IMG/VR virus record: IMGVR_UViG_2767802109_000003
Coordinates: 1-64,000 of that record
Length of the DNA stretch: 64,000 bases
Strand: one strand, 5' to 3'
From: a virus
Lineage: Duplodnaviria > Caudoviricetes
Shown here: in pieces, positions 27,351 through 35,880 of the stretch
How the letters are laid out: every line of letters begins with the position of its first letter
Numbering within the stretch: position 1 is the stretch's first letter
Translations under genes and position numbers: made by a program
Notes under the pieces: model-generated
Databases searched by the model: none
What the model was told of the DNA's origin: nothing
Seen by the model: only the letters and a program-made list of their open reading frames with translations

Positions 27351-27441
27351 TGGGCCATCCCCGCAGGGGCGGGGAGCACGGGCACGTAACCGGAAACGCT
27401 CGTTCCAGCCTTGGGCCAACCCCGCCAGTGCGGGGAGCAAC
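27351..27441 (-). CRISPR. Orphan type I-E-like mini-array: two diverged 29-nt repeats and one 33-nt spacer
   Basis: Repeats TGGGCCATCCCCGCAGGGGCGGGGAGCAC (27351-27379) and GGGCCAACCCCCGCCAGTGCGGGGAGCAA (27413-27441), each with the CCCCGC-N4-GCGGGG stem and GAGCAN end of actinobacterial I-E repeats; spacer 27380-27412; no cas genes in window. Confidence 0.78.
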
Positions 27442-27507
27442 CGTCAACTTTCCGACGGCACCGCCACCATGCCACGCCCCACCGACAAACCGCAGGCGAA
27501 CGCCCGG

Positions 27508-27580
27508 CTACAGCTCCGTCACCTCGAACGGGGCGGGCAGTGGCGGCAGCGCCACCCGCAACGCCCGGCCCAGCAGGGCG
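27508..27580 (-). pseudogene. Truncated C-terminal copy of the 28488-28805 gene
   Basis: Translates ALLGRALRVALPPLPAPFEVTEL*, versus AMLGRALRVQLPPLPSLYELTEL in the intact copy; begins right at the rep stop codon. Confidence 0.75.
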
Positions 27581-28345
27581 CTACCGAGGGAACCTTGCCA
27601 GCCAGGCAGGAAGCGGCTTGTCGTCACTCCAGTAGTGCATCAGCGCATACTTGAACGACAGCAAATCCACCTCGCGAACCGACTGCAAGGCTTGGGGGTC
27701 CTCCCGGCCGAGCTGCGCCAGCGCACGCTGCCGCTTGTCCCGGTACACCTGCGGGCGCTTCCGCTCGAACTGCAACAGCAGCCGACGCACCTGATCGTCG
27801 TCGAGGTCGTTCGCCGACGCATACAGACGGTCGAGTTCCACCTGGCGTCGATCTTGCGCGCTCGTCGCCTCCCCCGCGCGAGCGGCAGCGAGCGCGGAGG
27901 AATGTTCGTCGCCAGCATCTTCTTCCTCCGTACTTCTTCCGTCACTACTTCCTGAAGAGGTACCGCTCACCGACGTCCCGCCGACGGACGTACCGTCCAC
28001 CGACGTGCCGCCAGCGGTACCCCGGTCCCGGGGGATGTCGAACACCTCCAGCACAGTGACGAACCGCCCCCGCTCGCCCTTCTCTCGGCGCCGCACGATG
28101 TAGCCGGCCGCCTCCAGCTCGGAGAACGCCGACCGGAGGCCGCGCCGCCCCTCGCCCACGACATCACCCCGGTGCCGTCGGGCCCGGTCAGACAACGCGT
28201 CAGCGTTCGTTTCCCAGCCCGACGGACGGCTCAACAGCTCGGCCAGCACGCCGCGGGCGCAATACGTCAACCGGTCATCCCGCAGCAGCGCGTTCGGCAG
28301 GATCGTGAAATTGTCGACTGGCCGTGAACGACGGATCTTCAGCAC
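27581..28345 (-). CDS. Second replication-initiator-like HTH protein (plasmid/phage type)
   Basis: DNFTILPNALLRDDRLTYCARGVLAELLSRPSGW and AFSELEAAGY motifs; internal GGTSV repeats (~27970-28020). Confidence 0.68.
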   Translation of the reverse strand: MLKIRRSRPVDNFTILPNALLRDDRLTYCARGVLAELLSRPSGWETNADALSDRARRHRGDVVGEGRRGLRSAFSELEAAGYIVRRREKGERGRFVTVLEVFDIPRDRGTAGGTSVDGTSVGGTSVSGTSSGSSDGRSTEEEDAGDEHSSALAAARAGEATSAQDRRQVELDRLYASANDLDDDQVRRLLLQFERKRPQVYRDKRQRALAQLGREDPQALQSVREVDLLSFKYALMHYWSDDKPLPAWLARFPR

Positions 28346-28487
28346 ACGCCACGCCCTATGAGACTCGGGCACGCCAAAACAATCATGAATGTCCCTGGTG
28401 TTGCGCGGGCCGCACGCCCGCTGATCTGCGAAACGGCCGGACGGGGTCACCGTCCGGCCGATCGTGTGAACCGCTACGCTGCGCCGA

Positions 28488-28805
28488 TCACGCAGACGCC
28501 GAAAGCTCCGTCAGTTCGTACAGGCTCGGCAGCGGCGGAAGCTGCACACGCAGAGCGCGGCCCAGCATCGCGCGGGCCATCAGCTCCCACTCGGCGACGG
28601 GCCGCCCCGCCGGCTTCACGAACAGCAGGCTGCCGTCGGGACGGCGAAACGTACCGCCAGTGAAGCCCGGGTCCGCCTCGATCTCCGTCACGTCCACGTC
28701 GAACTCGGCCAGAAGGGCATCGAGGGGGGCGTTCATCAGACGCTCGGATGTCGGGTTCGTGACGGGGGTCGCAGTGCCGTCCACTCCAGGGGTTGCTAAA
28801 GTCAT
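28488..28805 (-). CDS. Small hypothetical protein downstream of GntR repressor (ImmA/IrrE-like pattern without HExxH)
   Basis: DALLAEFDVDVTEI..GFTG..LLFV..WELMARAMLGRAL; start may be ATG ~28736. Confidence 0.6.
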   Translation of the reverse strand: MTLATPGVDGTATPVTNPTSERLMNAPLDALLAEFDVDVTEIEADPGFTGGTFRRPDGSLLFVKPAGRPVAEWELMARAMLGRALRVQLPPLPSLYELTELSASA

Positions 28806-28908
28806 GACTAGAACTCCGATCTCAGCGGGTTGGATTCTTCTTGGAGCAGCGAGGTGCGAACTCGCCGTTCGAACAGGCCGGGCGGGTGCGAACCGCTCGG
28901 CCGTTCGT

Positions 28909-29646
28909 TTATTCGGTGTCGACCTGCCAGGCCCCCGGCGGGTACACGTCCTCCCAGACCTCTAGCGGTCCGTCTTCATCGTGGAAGACGTTGACCACCA
29001 CCAGAACGGACGCGGCCGACTCCGGGGGAAGATCGATGCCCAGCGCGTTGAGCTCGTCGTTCGAGATGAGGCGGGCAGTCCTGCGCTCCGGCGACCTTGT
29101 GACGTCGCGGCCGGTGCGCTCCTTGTAGAGGTCTTGCCACCAGCGTTCCGACGGTCCGTCGTTCAGCATCTCTGGCACGGTGCCGAGAGCGCGGACGTGG
29201 ATGAACGAGGTGTCGACGGTGGAGGGGGAGCCTTCGCGGTGGTGCACTCGGCGTCGAATGACGACCTCGTCGTGGGGCTCCAGGTCGAGCAGCTGGGCGA
29301 TGACCGGGTCCGCGACCGACCTCATGCCGGCCCAGTGGTTGCTGGAGGTTTCGCCGGGGGCGCGTAGTTCACCAGTGCGCGCCCTTCGTCCCAGCCGGGC
29401 GGCGCCAGTGACGGCCACGTTCGACTGGTGAGCCACGAAGGTGCCTGTCGAGTTCGCCTCCAGGAGACCTTCCGAGGTGAGCGTCTTGAAGGCCTGATCG
29501 ATGGTGCCGGACGCTGCACCGGTCTCTTCTGTGATCTTTCGCCTGGAAGGCAGTCGCGTTCCGGGGGCGAGCGTTCCGTCTTGGATGAGCCGCCGGTAGT
29601 GCGCGGCGATCTCCAGTGCGGTACGCCGTGTGTTCGGCGGCGGCAT
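28909..29646 (-). CDS. GntR/UTRA repressor, KorSA-like
   Basis: N-terminal IAAHYRRLIQDGTLAPGTRLPS..TIDQAFKTLTSEGL wHTH; UTRA-type C-terminus; divergent from transfer operon. Confidence 0.88.
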   Translation of the reverse strand: MPPPNTRRTALEIAAHYRRLIQDGTLAPGTRLPSRRKITEETGAASGTIDQAFKTLTSEGLLEANSTGTFVAHQSNVAVTGAARLGRRARTGELRAPGETSSNHWAGMRSVADPVIAQLLDLEPHDEVVIRRRVHHREGSPSTVDTSFIHVRALGTVPEMLNDGPSERWWQDLYKERTGRDVTRSPERRTARLISNDELNALGIDLPPESAASVLVVVNVFHDEDGPLEVWEDVYPPGAWQVDTE

Positions 29647-29689
29647 GAGTCTCCTGACTTGAGTTTTGGGTGAGGGGGCTTGCTTGCGT

Positions 29690-29813
29690 TCTAGATTAGC
29701 TCTAGATTGGGTTTCCGCAAGCCCCCGCCGCAAGGCGAAAGGGCCTCGCCAGTGGTAGCGCATTGAGCGAGGCCAGGACCCTCGGCACCGGTGGTAGCGC
29801 ACCGATGCCGAGG
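29690..29813 (+). promoter_or_regulatory. Leader of the transfer operon: TCTAGATT direct repeat and two stem-loops with identical GTAGCG loops
   Basis: TCTAGATTAGCTCTAGATT (29690-29708); hairpins 29742-29774 and 29780-29813. Confidence 0.6.
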
Positions 29814-29846
29814 CAGCCAGCAACCTGACCGAACCAGGAGCTAGCC

Positions 29847-30152
29847 ATGCCGAACCTTACCCGTGCTCTAGAGCGCTCCGAGCGCAACCCGGCCCAAACC
29901 GCCCCGCTGAACCCGGCCGCTGCTGCGGCTCTGGCCCGTCTGGAGTCGAAGCTCGGCGCGGCCGATGTGCAGAAGGCTGCCGCCCGCTACAGGGTGGCGT
30001 CGGCCGCGATCGCGAAGGCGTCCCAGGTGTTGGGGGCGCGAGCGTTGACGGAGGTCGAGGCCAGCGACTTCGACTACATGCAGGACGTGATGCGCGAGGC
30101 GCGGACCGTCCTGGCCGCCGCGGGCCAGCTCGACTTGATCGGCGGCGTGTGA
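29847..30152 (+). CDS. Hypothetical protein, first gene of the transfer operon
   Basis: AGGAG RBS. Confidence 0.65.
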   Translation: MPNLTRALERSERNPAQTAPLNPAAAAALARLESKLGAADVQKAAARYRVASAAIAKASQVLGARALTEVEASDFDYMQDVMREARTVLAAAGQLDLIGGV

Positions 30153-30313
30153 TGGCGGCCCGCGAGATCCTCGCCGACTTCCCGGCTGGCAACCCGCGCG
30201 GGTCGTGGCCGGCGGAGGAGAAGGCGGCCGAGCTGACCGCACAGGGCCAGTCCGTCACCGTGACGATGGACCTCGACAGCGACCGGTTCCTGGTCGTGAG
30301 GGCCGAGTCGTGA
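30152..30313 (+). CDS. 53-aa hypothetical protein
   Basis: TGATG coupling; FPAGNPRGSWPAEEKAAEL..MDLDSDRFLV. Confidence 0.55.
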   Translation: MAAREILADFPAGNPRGSWPAEEKAAELTAQGQSVTVTMDLDSDRFLVVRAES

Positions 30314-30480
30314 GCGGCCTGGAGCCCAGCTTGGAGCTGGAGGCGGCGGTCGACGAGGTGTTCCTCGGCTGGTGGCCGGCCGACCTGATGGCCATCGTCC
30401 GCCAGCCCTACGAGCCCGGCGCCATCACCGCCTACGCCCATCGTGATGGCGGCGCGCACCTGCCGGAGCGTGTGTCGTGA
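30310..30480 (+). CDS. Small hypothetical protein
   Basis: GTGA overlaps at both ends. Confidence 0.45.
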   Translation: MSGLEPSLELEAAVDEVFLGWWPADLMAIVRQPYEPGAITAYAHRDGGAHLPERVS

Positions 30481-30707
30481 CGGAGCGGGAGCGTCTGCAG
30501 CTGCTGCGGGCGAAGGCTGCGGAGATTCTGGCGCCGCTGCCGGCGTGGGATGGCGAGTCGCCGTCTGTGTGGGTGGTGGTCGTCGACCCTGAGACGCAGA
30601 ACCGGATCGCCCATTGGCGGGTGCCTGCCGAGGTGGCGCCTCAGCCCGAGTCCCGGCCTCAGCCCCAGTCCCGTCGTCACCTGCGCGCTGTGCCGGACGC
30701 GTCGTGA
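30477..30707 (+). CDS. Small hypothetical protein
   Basis: GTGA overlap. Confidence 0.5.
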   Translation: MTERERLQLLRAKAAEILAPLPAWDGESPSVWVVVVDPETQNRIAHWRVPAEVAPQPESRPQPQSRRHLRAVPDAS

Positions 30708-30929
30708 GTCCGGCCGAGCAGGGCGCGACTGCGAAGGCGCTGGCCGAGCAGACCAGGCGGCACATGGAGGCGGCGAAGGCCGCTGCCGCTGCCGCTGAGG
30801 CCGCCCGACTCGCCGCCAACCGGCCCCGTTAGGGCCCCTGATCCGCCGCGGTCGGCGGTGTCCAACCCCCGTCCCGCCGGCCGCGGCATTCCACCCCCGT
30901 TCCGGATTGACCGACTGAGGAGATCAGCC

Positions 30930-31148
30930 ATGTCCCGATACCTGGAAGAGTCCGCCGCCCTGCTGCGGAAGGCGTCGACGGAGCACGAGCGCAACTACGC
31001 CGACGGGTTGTACGTGAACTCCGCCAACGAGGGCCGTGAGCGGATCGCCCGAGGGTTCGCCGTTCTCGCCGCGATCGACAAGGGCCTGCTGCCCGCCGAG
31101 ATCACGCAGGACGTGATCCGGGCGATCGTCGAGCACCCCACTGTCTGA
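30930..31148 (+). CDS. Hypothetical protein
   Basis: GAGGAG RBS. Confidence 0.55.
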   Translation: MSRYLEESAALLRKASTEHERNYADGLYVNSANEGRERIARGFAVLAAIDKGLLPAEITQDVIRAIVEHPTV

Positions 31149-31192
31149 CCTGCACCCCCCACCCCGCTGTCGACCTGTTGAGGAGTACCCCC

Positions 31193-31414
31193 ATGCCTGT
31201 TTCCGCCCAGACCGACTGGCCTGACGGTGTCGTGGCCCGCTACCGGACCGTCGGCGGCGCGACCGTCGACCTGACCGACGACGCCGAGTGTGTCCGGCTC
31301 CTGTGTTCGGGCTGCGGCTTCGGTAATCGCCACGCCTACTACCCGCCGGCCGCCCACCGGCTCGCCGAGCGCCACGCCGGCAAGTGCCGCCAGGTGCCCC
31401 GCCCCACCGCCTGA
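31193..31414 (+). CDS. Small zinc-binding hypothetical protein
   Basis: WPDGVVARYRTVGGATVDL..CSGCG..HAGKC. Confidence 0.6.
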   Translation: MPVSAQTDWPDGVVARYRTVGGATVDLTDDAECVRLLCSGCGFGNRHAYYPPAAHRLAERHAGKCRQVPRPTA

Positions 31415-31452
31415 CCCCGACCGTCCCGCCCATCCTCCGAGGGGAGGCCCCC

Positions 31453-31893
31453 GTGTTCGCCGACGACAACCCCGCTCTCAGCCCTCTGTGGTCCGGCCGC
31501 CGCGCCCCGTTCGTCGCCTTCCAGACCGCGCTCGGTGGCCTGGCCGGCGCCTACGACCTCCGTGACGGCCGCAGCACCGACCCGACGAGCCGGGTGTCCC
31601 TGTCCGTCGACGACTGGCACGGCTGGCCGATCGTGGCCGCTCGTCGGATCCCGGTCGCCGCGTTCGACGACCTGCTGTTCGCCGTCCAGCAGCTCCGGGA
31701 CCGGAGATTCGACGAGAACCGGCGCTGCGGCTGGACGGGGCAGGTCAACGCGGACCGTCGGGCCGCCGCCCGGGACCGCTGGCTGGCGCGCGGCACCGAC
31801 CCGGACGCGTTCCGGGCCGGGCTGCAGGCCGAGTACGAGGCGTCCGCCCGACTGCACGAGGACGCGGCCAGCCTCCTCGACGGCCCGCTCTAA
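31453..31893 (+). CDS. Hypothetical protein
   Basis: GGAGG RBS. Confidence 0.55.
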   Translation: MFADDNPALSPLWSGRRAPFVAFQTALGGLAGAYDLRDGRSTDPTSRVSLSVDDWHGWPIVAARRIPVAAFDDLLFAVQQLRDRRFDENRRCGWTGQVNADRRAAARDRWLARGTDPDAFRAGLQAEYEASARLHEDAASLLDGPL

Positions 31894-31945
31894 CCGAACT
31901 TCAGCACCCCACCCCATCCCACTGCACCTGAAAGGGCCACCCCCA

Positions 31946-32185
31946 ATGTCTCCGTACCTGATCTCCGCCGACCTGGGTTCCACCGAGATCGGCCTGAAGG
32001 CCCGCACGATCACCAGCGTCGCCGACGCGCTGACCCTGTCGATCGCTGACCTGTTCGGCGAGTACGCCGACGCCCGCCGCTCCGGTGACCCGGCCCGGAT
32101 GGCCGCTGTCCGCGACTACGCGGCCGGGCTGGACGCCGACCTCGTCGCCGAGCTCGACGGCTTCGACTACCCCGCCGCCGCCTGA
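31946..32185 (+). CDS. Hypothetical protein
   Basis: AAAGGG RBS. Confidence 0.55.
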   Translation: MSPYLISADLGSTEIGLKARTITSVADALTLSIADLFGEYADARRSGDPARMAAVRDYAAGLDADLVAELDGFDYPAAA

Positions 32186-32273
32186 CCCGCCCACCGCCGG
32201 GGCGCGGAAACCCCACCGCGTCCCGGCACCCCAGTCCCGCCCGACATCAACCGTCTGACCAGAGGAGAACCCG

Positions 32274-32780
32274 ATGCCCGACACCCTGGCCGCCAACCCG
32301 TTCACGGCCGACGCCGTAACCCGTCCCGCGGTGGAGAAGACCGGCCGCCGCCCCGACTTCTGGATCGGCTACTCCGGCGAGACCATCACCGGCCCGGAGG
32401 TCGCCGACTTCCTCGACGCCACCCGTGTCGTGCTGGAGAAGACCGGCTGGACCCGCAGTTACACCGACAACGACCCGGAGATCCCCGAGCCCGACGAGTC
32501 CCTCTCCATCAAGGCGATGCTGCTCACCCTGTGGAGGTACGCCCGCGAAGCTCTCGGGCAGGAGGGGCCGCTCACCCTCACCTACGGCATGTACCGGGTC
32601 GACAACAACGACGCGAAGCGGGTCGCTGACCGGGTCCTCGATGCGCTCGTCGCCGCGTACACCGGCACGCCGACCGCGCAGGCCACCGCCTGGGCCGAGC
32701 GGAAGAACCGCACCTGGGGTGAGGTCCGGGACCTTCTGACTGCCGGCGTCGACCTCGCCCGCACCCACGGTCCCCGCTGA
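32274..32780 (+). CDS. DUF6197-like protein
   Basis: LEKTGWTR..WAERKNRTWGEVRDLL pattern; family name from memory. Confidence 0.55.
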   Translation: MPDTLAANPFTADAVTRPAVEKTGRRPDFWIGYSGETITGPEVADFLDATRVVLEKTGWTRSYTDNDPEIPEPDESLSIKAMLLTLWRYAREALGQEGPLTLTYGMYRVDNNDAKRVADRVLDALVAAYTGTPTAQATAWAERKNRTWGEVRDLLTAGVDLARTHGPR

Positions 32781-32932
32781 TGCCCGACGACCGCTGCCCC
32801 CAGTGCGAGGAGCACGCCGAGCTCCACAAGGGCAACTGGCTCGGCCTTGGTGATCAGACCAAGCCGTGCCTGCCGTGCGAGGACCACGCGAAGAACGGCT
32901 GCCCTGACCGCCGCAAGATCCGCTGGTGGTGA
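32780..32932 (+). CDS. 50-aa Cys/His-rich protein
   Basis: TGATG coupling; CPQCEEH..CLPCEDH. Confidence 0.5.
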   Translation: MPDDRCPQCEEHAELHKGNWLGLGDQTKPCLPCEDHAKNGCPDRRKIRWW

Positions 32933-33025
32933 CACCCCCCAGCCCTGGCCGACCGATCACGGGTCTACCGCCTCGAAGCAGGCCAGGGCGCTCCGCACCA
33001 CCCAACTCCAACGAGAGGAAGATCC

Positions 33026-33226
33026 ATGAGTTTCAAGAAGGGCGACCTGGTGGTCGTGGTCGCTGCGGGCCCGGAGAACGCGGGCACGGTCGGCAAGACC
33101 GGCATCGTCGTCGACGGCGGGGCCCTGTCCGGTGGCGACGTGTCCGTCAAGGGGATCGACCACCGCGTCGTCGAGGCGATCAAGGGCTACCGGTCGTACA
33201 TGCCCAACCAGCTGCGGAAGGCGTGA
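33026..33226 (+). CDS. Small SH3/KOW-like protein
   Basis: FKKGDLVVVVAAG..GKTGIVVD. Confidence 0.55.
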   Translation: MSFKKGDLVVVVAAGPENAGTVGKTGIVVDGGALSGGDVSVKGIDHRVVEAIKGYRSYMPNQLRKA

Positions 33227-33417
33227 CCGCCGTGCACGCCGGGAGCGCAGACGAGCTGCGCGAGAAGGAGCGCCGGTCGCAGGAGATCGGCCGGAAGATC
33301 GCCGACCTGCTCAACGAGGCAGCCGCCATCGCCCCCGGGGCCGTGTCGGCGAACGTGACCGGGCTCGGCTGGCGGATTCGCGGCGCAGGCGGCGGCTTCC
33401 GCGCCGACACGAGGTGA
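33223..33417 (+). CDS. Small hypothetical protein
   Basis: GTGA overlap. Confidence 0.5.
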   Translation: MTAVHAGSADELREKERRSQEIGRKIADLLNEAAAIAPGAVSANVTGLGWRIRGAGGGFRADTR

Positions 33418-33422
33418 CCGCC

Positions 33423-33620
33423 GTGCCGATCACGTTCCGCAAGAGCTTCCGGATCCTGCCCGGCGTCCGCATCAACATCAACCGCCGGTCCTGGTCGATC
33501 ACCGTCGGGCCGAAGGGCGGACCGAAGCGCACCTGGTCCAGCACCGGACAGACCACCACCAGCTACGACCTCCCCGGACCCTTCGGCTACCGCACCACCC
33601 GCCGCCGCAACCCCCGCTGA
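33423..33620 (+). CDS. DUF4236-like small basic protein
   Basis: FRKSFRILPGVRININRRSWSITVG..LPGPFGYR. Confidence 0.7.
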   Translation: MPITFRKSFRILPGVRININRRSWSITVGPKGGPKRTWSSTGQTTTSYDLPGPFGYRTTRRRNPR

Positions 33621-33634
33621 TCGAAAGGAACGCC

Positions 33635-33763
33635 ATGCCCACGAAGGACAAGTGCTGGGTCTGCGGACGACCCGGAGCCGAACCGGAGCGGACGCTCCTC
33701 GGCTTCAAGAAGCCCGTATGCCCGCCCGGCAAGGGCTGCTCCAGCAACCAGACAAAGCGCTAA
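33635..33763 (+). CDS. 42-aa Cys-containing peptide
   Basis: AAAGGA RBS; CWVCG..VC..GC. Confidence 0.4.
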   Translation: MPTKDKCWVCGRPGAEPERTLLGFKKPVCPPGKGCSSNQTKR

Positions 33764-33796
33764 CACCCACCTCAACTCAGAAGGGACCACGTAGTC

Positions 33797-35203
33797 ATGA
33801 CTGCCAGCCCGCCGAAGGTAAACGGCCACGCCCGGCCGCCGGCCGTGCCGGCCCTGCAAGTACTGGGGGACTGGCAGCCCGTCGCGCCCGAGACCAAGCC
33901 CACCGCCGACAGTGCTAACCCACCCGTCGCTGAGCCGTCCACCACGCCCGGCCCCGACAGCGACCTGGTCGAGCAGGCCAAGGCCGAAGCGATCCGGGCG
34001 CAGGCGTGGGCCGAGTCCGAGGAGCGCCGCCTCGCCGCCGAAGTCGAGAAGGAAGCCGCGCTCAAGCGGGCCGCCGCCGAAGCCGAAGCGATCCGGATCA
34101 AGGCCGAGGAAGACGCCCGGAAGCAGCGCCTCGCCAATGACCGTGCCGAACGCAAGGCCGCTGAGGAGCAGGCGGCATCCCAGGCGCGGATCGCCGAGCA
34201 CAACCGGCGCCGCGACGAAGCCGACCGGGCCCGGGAGCGTGCCGCCCGGGAGGATGCCGAGCAGCAGCAGTCGGAAACCGAGAAGGCCGAGGTTGTCGCC
34301 AAGTCCAGCAAGCGGTGGCGCCGCGTCGCCCTCGGCTTCTACGCCCTGTGCGCCGCAGTCGCCCTGCCCGTGCAGATGGCCGCCTTCTGGGACCCGAACG
34401 CCAAGTACCTCCTCGTCGCCCCGATCTTCATCGAAGTGATCGCCCTCGTCGCTCTCGTCGGCGCCGCCGCAGCGGTGACCGACGGGCGCCCGCAGTGGCA
34501 CTACCGGCTCGTCGCCTGGGCCGGCGCCCTCACCGCCGCCACCATCAACGCCGTACACGGGCTGGGTGCGTTCGATGCCGCCACCGCATTCGGCACCGCC
34601 CTCGCCTCCGTCGCAGGGCCCGGCATGTGGGACCTCCACGAGCACGGCCGGATCCGCAAGCGCGACGGCAAGCCGACCTGGCGCGAGCACCGCGCCGCAG
34701 CGAAGGCAGCTAAGCGGGCCGCCGCCGAGAAGGCCGCGGAGGAAGAGAAGCGGGCCGCCGAGAAAGAGGCCGCCGACGAGGCCGCCCAGGAGGCCGCGAA
34801 GCAGCTCGCGGAGCTGCGCCAGGCCGAGTTCGAAGACGTGTGGAAGCACGCCCGGAAGCTGGCCGCGGCACTCGGCGAAACGACCGTCACCGAGGCCGTG
34901 TGGCGACGTGCGCACAAGGACATCCGCGGCGCCGACCCGGGCGAGGACGCGGAGACGATCCGGGCCCGCAACGCCGCCGAAGCAAGGGTCGAAGCGGCCC
35001 GCCAGAAGCGCTCCGTGAACACCCTCAGCAAGACCACGAACGCACAGCGTGCGATCCAAATGAACGGCTCCCCGCGCCGCTCCTCGTACAAGCCGGTTCC
35101 GCCGCGTCGGACACCCGGCGACACGCCCTCGTACCACCCGCTTGCCCGCCGTGCGAACGGTGAGACGAAGCGCCGCTCGAACGCCGCCAAGAACGCCGAC
35201 TAA
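33797..35203 (+). CDS. Coiled-coil plus four-TM membrane protein (DUF2637/Spd-like transfer accessory)
   Basis: Charged coiled coils flanking four hydrophobic segments; upstream of TraB-like gene. Confidence 0.65.
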   Translation: MTASPPKVNGHARPPAVPALQVLGDWQPVAPETKPTADSANPPVAEPSTTPGPDSDLVEQAKAEAIRAQAWAESEERRLAAEVEKEAALKRAAAEAEAIRIKAEEDARKQRLANDRAERKAAEEQAASQARIAEHNRRRDEADRARERAAREDAEQQQSETEKAEVVAKSSKRWRRVALGFYALCAAVALPVQMAAFWDPNAKYLLVAPIFIEVIALVALVGAAAAVTDGRPQWHYRLVAWAGALTAATINAVHGLGAFDAATAFGTALASVAGPGMWDLHEHGRIRKRDGKPTWREHRAAAKAAKRAAAEKAAEEEKRAAEKEAADEAAQEAAKQLAELRQAEFEDVWKHARKLAAALGETTVTEAVWRRAHKDIRGADPGEDAETIRARNAAEARVEAARQKRSVNTLSKTTNAQRAIQMNGSPRRSSYKPVPPRRTPGDTPSYHPLARRANGETKRRSNAAKNAD

Positions 35204-35227
35204 CCCATCCCTTGGAGTGATCAGATT

Positions 35228-35818
35228 ATGAACGTCACCCTTCGTCGTATCGCCGTGTCGGGCAGTGCCGCGGTCGCCGTCCTCGGCGGTGCCGCCACCA
35301 TCACCCTGGCCGCCCCCTCGCCGGCTTCCGCCGCCGTCTCCGAGCACGTCGTCGAGCGGGCCGTCACCGCCCCCGTCACGCTGCCCGACGGGCGCACGAT
35401 CCGGATCACCGGCATGGGCGGCTACGGCCACCACGCCACCGACAAGCACATCGCCGTCGTCGCCGGATTCAAGGCCGACACCGAGCCCGGCAGCAGCGAC
35501 GGCATCACCAACGGCCTCACCCCCGACGGCGGCACCGGCGCGCAGCTGACCAACCCGCAGCAGCAGGCCCCGGCCGGCACGCAGCAGCAGTACCAGACCC
35601 AGGCGGGCGGGGGCACGATCGGCGTCACGGTCGCTGTCGGCGTCGGACTGCTGATCGGCGTGATCGTCATGCTCAAGCGGGGCTCAATGAAGTTCGTCCA
35701 GGCCGCCGCGTGCATCGCCCTCGGCGTGTACCTCGCCCCCACGTTCGTCGGCCCGCTCGTCCAGCAGCTCGGCGGATCCGTCGGCGTCGGTCTCGGCAAC
35801 GTCTGGTCCGGCTTCTAG
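35228..35818 (+). CDS. Membrane protein with signal-like N-terminus and C-terminal TM segments (transfer/spread accessory)
   Basis: RRIAVSGSAAVAVLGG..ASA; C-terminal hydrophobic helices. Confidence 0.6.
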   Translation: MNVTLRRIAVSGSAAVAVLGGAATITLAAPSPASAAVSEHVVERAVTAPVTLPDGRTIRITGMGGYGHHATDKHIAVVAGFKADTEPGSSDGITNGLTPDGGTGAQLTNPQQQAPAGTQQQYQTQAGGGTIGVTVAVGVGLLIGVIVMLKRGSMKFVQAAACIALGVYLAPTFVGPLVQQLGGSVGVGLGNVWSGF

Positions 35819-35880
35819 GCCACACCCAACCCGCGGGGCCCCAACCGGGGCCACGCCCCGCCCCAGAAAGGACTGGCCCT

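Noticed and set aside
33669-33687. GACCCGGA / GAACCGGA resembling a TraB recognition (clt) octamer
   Set aside because: Only one exact and one degenerate copy inside a small ORF; real clt loci have many repeats, and no clt array could be identified by eye
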